In this document: positions 51,417 through 56,721 of the stretch, one piece after another | Position numbering within the stretch: the first letter of the stretch is position 1 | Layout: each line of letters opens with the position of its first letter | NCBI GenBank assembly: GCA_020630175.1 | Contig: JAHDBW010000005.1 | Coordinates: 2,279 to 58,999 of the forward strand | DNA from: Anaerolineales bacterium | Lineage (GTDB): Bacteria > Chloroflexota > Anaerolineae > Anaerolineales > UBA6668 | Length of the DNA: 56,721 bases | Direction: 5' to 3' | Position numbers and translations under genes: made by a program | The notes under the pieces: generated by a model | Databases searched by the model: none | Told to the model about the DNA's origin: nothing | Seen by the model: the letters and a program-made list of their open reading frames with translations, nothing else

Positions 51417-51890
51417 ACCTAATTACCTATATGTGTTGTTGCCCTTTCTTATTACACTATAAATTTAGTTTGATTGCTGTTATAAGTTAGGTGTAAGGTC
51501 GTGTGAAAATGAATAGATTACTAAAAATCATAATCAGAGCTGCTTTTATACTGTGTTTAAATGCATTTATTTAATGAAAAGGCTCTTGGGAAGTAAACGG
51601 CTTGAAAATAGTTAGGTAAATTAATTCAAAATGTAGTGTTAGGTCAAGCAAATTTTACAGCAATATTAGCGTTGTAAACCTAAAAAGTTTATAAATGGTT
51701 GGCTGGGTTGTTTTTTCGTATTTTGAGGATTTGTGAAGGGTTTGCTATATCAGGTAGTGAAGCAAATAAGTACTCAAAAACAGTACTGTAGATAATATTA
51801 TTTTATTGCCTGATGTGTGCAGCTAGTAGAAGTACTTGATTTATATTTATTTTGATTAAAACCTCGATAGTTGAAAACACCGTATTAAAC

Positions 51891-51931
51891 AAAAAAAGCG
51901 CACAACCACTGGCTTTTTAGCGGTTGTGCGC
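51891..51931 (-). terminator. Intrinsic terminator after the aldehyde dehydrogenase
   Basis: Minus strand GCGCACAACC...GGTTGTGCGC followed by T7. Confidence 0.8.
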
Positions 51932-51963
51932 CTGCAATAATCAGTCTCAGGTTAGAGCGTTGT

Positions 51964-54366
51964 TTAGTCGCCCATCGGCGTCCAGATATTTTTAACTTGA
52001 GTAGCTGCCCGCAGAAAGAGCGCTCCCTCTGCTGCAGTACTATTAAGCCAGTCGATTTGTTTACCGTTACTGACCCAGGTGCGTTTCATGTTGTCAGCAG
52101 ACCGATATTCTACTTCGCGGCTGCCTAGTGCATCGCCAAAGTACCACATCGCGTCCACATCATCATGCTCTACAAGCGTCTTTGTCAGATGATCTTGATT
52201 ACCAGTCACGATATTGATGACACCAGCCGGTAAGTCAGATGTTTCTAGAATCTGATAAAGATCAGTTGCTGAGAGCGGGGCGCTTTGGCTTGGGATTGCA
52301 ATGACCGTGTTGCCACGGGCAATTGCTGGCGCAACCAAAGAGATAAAGCCGAGCAATGGCGCGTCTGCCGGACAGGTAATACCAATAACGCCAACAGGTT
52401 CAGTAAGCCCTACCACAAGCCCATAAAGTGGCGTTTCTTGGACTGTGCCACCAAATTTATCGGCCCAAGCGGCATAACTGAACAAGCGCGAGATAGACAG
52501 CTCTACCTCTTGCTCAGCCGCTTTACGCGTGGCACCAGTTTGCGCCCGTAAGCGGTCTACAAATTCAGCCTGCCGGATTGCCAAGTTCTCTGCAATGTAA
52601 TACAGGATCTGCGCCCGATTGTGCGGCGTCCGATCTGCCCAGCCCTTGGCAGCGTGTGCCGCCGCAACCGCGTTACGGATATCTTTGCGATTACCATCAC
52701 TTGCATAACCAACCAGCGCGTTCTTAGGATCTAGCACGGCATAGCTGTAGTGCCCGTCTGGACGGGCTTGCTTGCCGCCAATGTACATCTTTGAAGTGCG
52801 GTCTACACCAGTAGTCGCGCCATTTGCGGGAATTGGGAAGGCGGGCGTATGCGCGCCCCAATTGGCGTCCCGCTCCGGTAACGTACTGAGATCTAAGCGC
52901 GTTTCAGCGGCGCTGCGAACGTATTCATACAGGCCTTCTTTGCCACCTTCGCGTCCAAAGCCGCTTTCGTAGTAACCACCGAAGCCTGCGGCCGCATCAA
53001 ATTGATTGGTGCTGTTGATCCACACGGCACCGGCCCGAATTTTTGTGGCAACTTCCAAGGCTTGGTTGATGTTCTCGCTCCAGATGCTGGCTGCTAACCC
53101 GTAACGGGTATTGTTCGCCAGCGCGATAGCTTCACTTTTCATGCGGAATGTCATACCGACCAGAACTGGCCCGAAAATTTCTTCTGTTACTACCGGGCTG
53201 GCTTGGTCAACATTGGTCAACAGTGTGGGGGGATAATAAGCGCCTTCAGTTGGCACAACGCAATTTGCTTGATAGCAATCGGCGCCGCCGCTAATTCCAA
53301 GCTGCACCCAAGCCTCAATCTGTTTGTACTGTGCTTGATCAACCACCGCACCCATGTCGATGGTTTTATCAAGCGGGTGACCTAAACGGAGCTTGTCCAT
53401 ACGGGCTTTGAGTTTCCGGAAAAATTCAGGCGCAATGCTTTCCTGCACTAGTAAGCGTGAGCCTGCGCAGCAAACTTCACCTTGATTGAACCAGATGGCA
53501 TCAACTAATCCTTCAATGGCTGCGTCTTGATCGGCGCTAGCAAAAACAATAAAAGGTGATTTTCCACCTAGCTCTAAAGAAAGTTTGATGTCACGCCCGG
53601 CGGTGGCGCGGCGAATGATCTTGCCAACCTCGGTTGAACCGGTAAAGGCAATTTTGTCAAAGCCTGCGTGGGCAGTAATGGCTTTGCCCGCTTCATCGCC
53701 GCCCGGCAAAATATTAACAACGCCTTTTGGCAAGCCAACGCTTTGGCAAATTTCGGCAAACAAGAGTGCGGTCAGTGGCGTGGCCGGTGCCGGTTTGATG
53801 ACCACGGTGTTGCCCATTGCTAAGGCCGGCGCGATTTTCCAAGCCAGCATTAACAGCGGGAAGTTCCACGGGATCACTTGCCCCACTACGCCCAACGGTT
53901 GATACCCCGCCATTGTTTGGCCCATTAACTGTGCCCAACCTGCATGATGATAGAAGTGTCGGGCAACAAGTGGCACGTCAATATCACGCGCTTCGCGGAT
54001 CGACTTGCCATTGTCTAAGGCTTCTAAAACGGCAAATAGCCGATCATGTTTTTGCACGCTGCGCGCAATGGCATATAAATATTGGGCCCGTTTGTGGTCG
54101 CTTAGCTGTGACCAGCCTGTAAAAGCTGCGCGGGCGGCTTGATAGGCATTATCAACATCAGCTGCTGTGGCGCTGGCAACATCTGCCAAGTGCTGATTGT
54201 CTGCTGGGCAGTGAATGGCTAAGGTTTCGTTGCCTTGCCCGACCATTTCGCCGTTGATAAACAGGCCAAACTTACGATCGTGGGCGTCTAACCAGGCTTG
54301 CGCGGTGGCATCAGATTCCATTGCTGGGACGTACGCTAACGTTTCGAATGCAGTTTTGAGAGTCAT
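51964..54366 (-). CDS. Two-domain (ALDH16-type) aldehyde dehydrogenase
   Basis: IPWNFP, FTGS, LELGGKS, catalytic NQGEVCCAG, EEIFGP, followed by a second truncated Rossmann domain. Confidence 0.92.
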   Translation of the reverse strand: MTLKTAFETLAYVPAMESDATAQAWLDAHDRKFGLFINGEMVGQGNETLAIHCPADNQHLADVASATAADVDNAYQAARAAFTGWSQLSDHKRAQYLYAIARSVQKHDRLFAVLEALDNGKSIREARDIDVPLVARHFYHHAGWAQLMGQTMAGYQPLGVVGQVIPWNFPLLMLAWKIAPALAMGNTVVIKPAPATPLTALLFAEICQSVGLPKGVVNILPGGDEAGKAITAHAGFDKIAFTGSTEVGKIIRRATAGRDIKLSLELGGKSPFIVFASADQDAAIEGLVDAIWFNQGEVCCAGSRLLVQESIAPEFFRKLKARMDKLRLGHPLDKTIDMGAVVDQAQYKQIEAWVQLGISGGADCYQANCVVPTEGAYYPPTLLTNVDQASPVVTEEIFGPVLVGMTFRMKSEAIALANNTRYGLAASIWSENINQALEVATKIRAGAVWINSTNQFDAAAGFGGYYESGFGREGGKEGLYEYVRSAAETRLDLSTLPERDANWGAHTPAFPIPANGATTGVDRTSKMYIGGKQARPDGHYSYAVLDPKNALVGYASDGNRKDIRNAVAAAHAAKGWADRTPHNRAQILYYIAENLAIRQAEFVDRLRAQTGATRKAAEQEVELSISRLFSYAAWADKFGGTVQETPLYGLVVGLTEPVGVIGITCPADAPLLGFISLVAPAIARGNTVIAIPSQSAPLSATDLYQILETSDLPAGVINIVTGNQDHLTKTLVEHDDVDAMWYFGDALGSREVEYRSADNMKRTWVSNGKQIDWLNSTAAEGALFLRAATQVKNIWTPMGD

Positions 54367-54374
54367 AGGTCTCC

Positions 54375-55334
54375 TTAGCTGCTAGGCATATAGCGCCCAG
54401 ACGCATAACGCCCGGTTGCATGGTGTGAGAGTTGCTTTTCCAGATCGCCCAACAGGCTGCTGGCACCAAAGCGGAACAATTCTGGTTCCAACCATTCATC
54501 GCCAAGCTCTTGCTTTAATAGCGACATCCAGCTTAGTGCGTCTTTTGATGTGCGAATACCGCCAGCGGGCTTAAAGCCAACTTGGAAGTCTGTGCGGCGT
54601 TCATAATCGCGAATGGCACGGCACATCACATAACCAACGGGCAGGGTGGCGTTAACCTTGGTCTTGCCAGTGGATGTTTTGATGAAATCACTACCGGCCA
54701 TCATTGCCACAATGCTCGCTTTGTAAACATTCGCCAAAGAGCCAAGCTCGCCGGTTTCAAGAATTGTTTTCAAATGTGCGGGGCCACACGCGTCACGGTA
54801 GGCTTTGATTTGGTCATAAATTGCCTGCCAGTTGCCCGTATGGACGTACTCACGTGAGATCACAATATCAATTTCGCGCGCGCCGTGCTCAACCACCTGA
54901 TTGATGGCCTTTAACTGCGGTGCGACCGGAACTTGCCCAGTTGGAAAGCCTGTAGAAACGACTGCTACCGGAATATCGGTGCCTGCCAATGCCGCAACAG
55001 CAGCCTTGACGCGGTTGTGATAGACACATACAGCCCCAACGGTCAGTTCGAGATCGTCCATCCCGAGACCGGCCAGAATGTCTTTGCGCAGCGGCTGTTT
55101 GGCTTTCGCGCACAAGCGGCGTACGCGGTCATCTGTATCATGGCCGTCTAGTGTCGTCAGATCGATGAGCGAAATCGCTTTTAGCTGCCATGCGATTTGC
55201 GCATTTTTCTTGGCGGTGCGGCGTCCGGCGAGCGTTTTGATATGCCGGGTTACCGCGCTTTTGTTGATTTTTGTGGCTTTTACCCACGCTAGGTCTAGCG
55301 GGGTGCCATCATTTCGAATATGCGTTGAAGTCAT
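54375..55334 (-). CDS. deoC: Deoxyribose-phosphate aldolase, long form
   Basis: IDLTTL, STGFPTG, KTILETGEL, FIKTSTGK, GFKPAGGI, RFGASSLL. Confidence 0.96.
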   Translation of the reverse strand: MTSTHIRNDGTPLDLAWVKATKINKSAVTRHIKTLAGRRTAKKNAQIAWQLKAISLIDLTTLDGHDTDDRVRRLCAKAKQPLRKDILAGLGMDDLELTVGAVCVYHNRVKAAVAALAGTDIPVAVVSTGFPTGQVPVAPQLKAINQVVEHGAREIDIVISREYVHTGNWQAIYDQIKAYRDACGPAHLKTILETGELGSLANVYKASIVAMMAGSDFIKTSTGKTKVNATLPVGYVMCRAIRDYERRTDFQVGFKPAGGIRTSKDALSWMSLLKQELGDEWLEPELFRFGASSLLGDLEKQLSHHATGRYASGRYMPSS

Positions 55335-55360
55335 AAATTAGATTATAGTGGATTGTCAAT

Positions 55361-55840
55361 TCAGGCTTCAATCTTTCGTAGCGCCCAGAACGCAGCGTGA
55401 AGCAGCTTGTTTTTGCCAGTACACGCTTTGTGAACTTGTACATAGCGCTCAATATGGGGAATGGCCGCAACCGCCTTGAGTTTGCCGAGGGCGCGGATTA
55501 CATAATATTTGTCTAAGTCTGTCGTTTCTGGCGCGTTGAGCCGCGCGATGAGGGCTGGGATGGCACGCGGATCGTTTAGCTTGCCCAATGATGTTGAAAA
55601 TGAGGCGATGCACGAGGGGCCGTTTTCTAAGCGCTGAATCAATGCTGGTGCGATGCGCGGATCATCCGCATCGGCCAAGGTGCGGGCCGCGAATCGGTCA
55701 AGAGCTGGATCGTCCAACAGCCGTAGCAACCGCGTTATAACGGCCGCATCTAACACGTCTTCATAGTCTCGGATTGCTGCTTGTTGGTCAGCAACTGCGC
55801 CTGTCTGTAGCGTGTCCAAAAGGGTCTGTTTGTCGATCAT
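55361..55840 (-). CDS. HEAT-repeat protein
   Basis: Repeated LGKLNDPRAIPALI-type units. Confidence 0.8.
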   Translation of the reverse strand: MIDKQTLLDTLQTGAVADQQAAIRDYEDVLDAAVITRLLRLLDDPALDRFAARTLADADDPRIAPALIQRLENGPSCIASFSTSLGKLNDPRAIPALIARLNAPETTDLDKYYVIRALGKLKAVAAIPHIERYVQVHKACTGKNKLLHAAFWALRKIEA

Positions 55841-55848
55841 AGCCGTTG

Positions 55849-56658
55849 TTAGCGTTTGTTATAAGAAATAAAGAGCTGCCCAACATCGTGCGCATCTAAA
55901 TAAATGCTGTTGAGTGCCATATCAATGGGGTGTTCAAATAAGGGGCCATCGACAATGCCTGCATACGGCGCACCGCCTAACAGGCGATTGACCTGTGTCA
56001 GATACAGCCGATCTAGTGCGTTATCTGCCAATAATAAATGCAACACTTTAGGGCCGGTGGCATTGTAAATGTATTGATACCCGCTCTCTTGAAACGCAGT
56101 CACAAGCGTTTTGCCTGTGACAACATCACCGACAACGATCACGTTGACACCTTGCTGCGCTAGATCTTTACGCTTTTGCACCGGAGATGACGCCGTTGTA
56201 ATCACAACCACCTGCCGCTCTCCGCTTAGCAACTGCGCTGGGACTGGAAAATTCAGGCTAGCGCTAACCACTGCAATATCAGGCTGCGGCGAAAGCCCCT
56301 GTGCGCTGCGCCAAGTTTGCAAGTCGGCAAAGCGCGGATCATCGTACACTTGCAGAATCTCTTGGGCGCGGCCATCGGCGTAGTCACGCAGGTACCGCCC
56401 GCTAGAAATGAGCACATCAGCCTGCACGGCCAATTCTTGAAATAAGCGCCAATCACGGGCGTTGGCAACGTTTTTTGGCACAACTAAGCCAGGTTTTGTA
56501 GGGTGGGGCACGGCAATCCGTCCGTCTAAACTGGTGACGTAATTGCTGTAAACAAAAGGCGCTTCATTGCCTAAAGCGCGAATATTATGGCTCAGATAGA
56601 GGCCTTGTAGTGAAATGTCGGCTTGATGTTGGGGATAAAGTTGCGTAAGTGCTGTCAT
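55849..56658 (-). CDS. RibD C-terminal / dihydrofolate-reductase-fold protein
   Basis: YSNYVTSLDGRIA, ADVLISSG, LDRLYLT. Confidence 0.82.
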   Translation of the reverse strand: MTALTQLYPQHQADISLQGLYLSHNIRALGNEAPFVYSNYVTSLDGRIAVPHPTKPGLVVPKNVANARDWRLFQELAVQADVLISSGRYLRDYADGRAQEILQVYDDPRFADLQTWRSAQGLSPQPDIAVVSASLNFPVPAQLLSGERQVVVITTASSPVQKRKDLAQQGVNVIVVGDVVTGKTLVTAFQESGYQYIYNATGPKVLHLLLADNALDRLYLTQVNRLLGGAPYAGIVDGPLFEHPIDMALNSIYLDAHDVGQLFISYNKR

Positions 56659-56721
56659 AGCACCTAATTAAATCACGAACTTGCCAAATTGACCGCGCAG
56701 CGAATTCGAGCGCGATTATGT

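Noticed and set aside
51420-51890. oriC or dif site in the AT-rich region
   Set aside because: I saw no DnaA boxes or XerC/D consensus, and the flanking genes are not origin-associated.

Overview
Bacterial chromosomal window of roughly 50% GC by eye, most consistent with Chloroflexota, probably Anaerolineae. This is an inference from the short EF-Ts, long HisG, many Pro/Thr-linker lipoproteins and the SCO1664 triad. Core content: a his operon (hisG-C-B-H) under a His-rich leader peptide and attenuator; infC-rpmI-rplT-TrmH; rpsB-tsf-pyrH-frr-uppS-cdsA; rho; rarA; msrPQ; ubiE/menG; a class A PBP; four M23 peptidases plus an FHA membrane protein; a DtxR-family regulator divergent from an Fe3+-type ABC permease and ATPase; YcaQ/AlkZ; and deoC with an ALDH16-type dehydrogenase. 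I found no rRNA, tRNA, CRISPR array or mobile element. Most notable observations: (1) a four-gene ECF sigma / small amphipathic protein / two MscS-related TM-helix module resembling Pseudomonas SigX-CfrX-CmpX, with an ECF-type promoter and an internal terminator; (2) three genes that seem to need AUU/AUC starts (infC, ycaQ, an EEP nuclease); (3) many probably leaderless genes, including the his leader peptide; (4) an unclassified structured RNA before frr; (5) several proteins with degenerate active or ligand sites (MBL fold, FHA, DtxR). All family calls come from motif recognition, not database searches.
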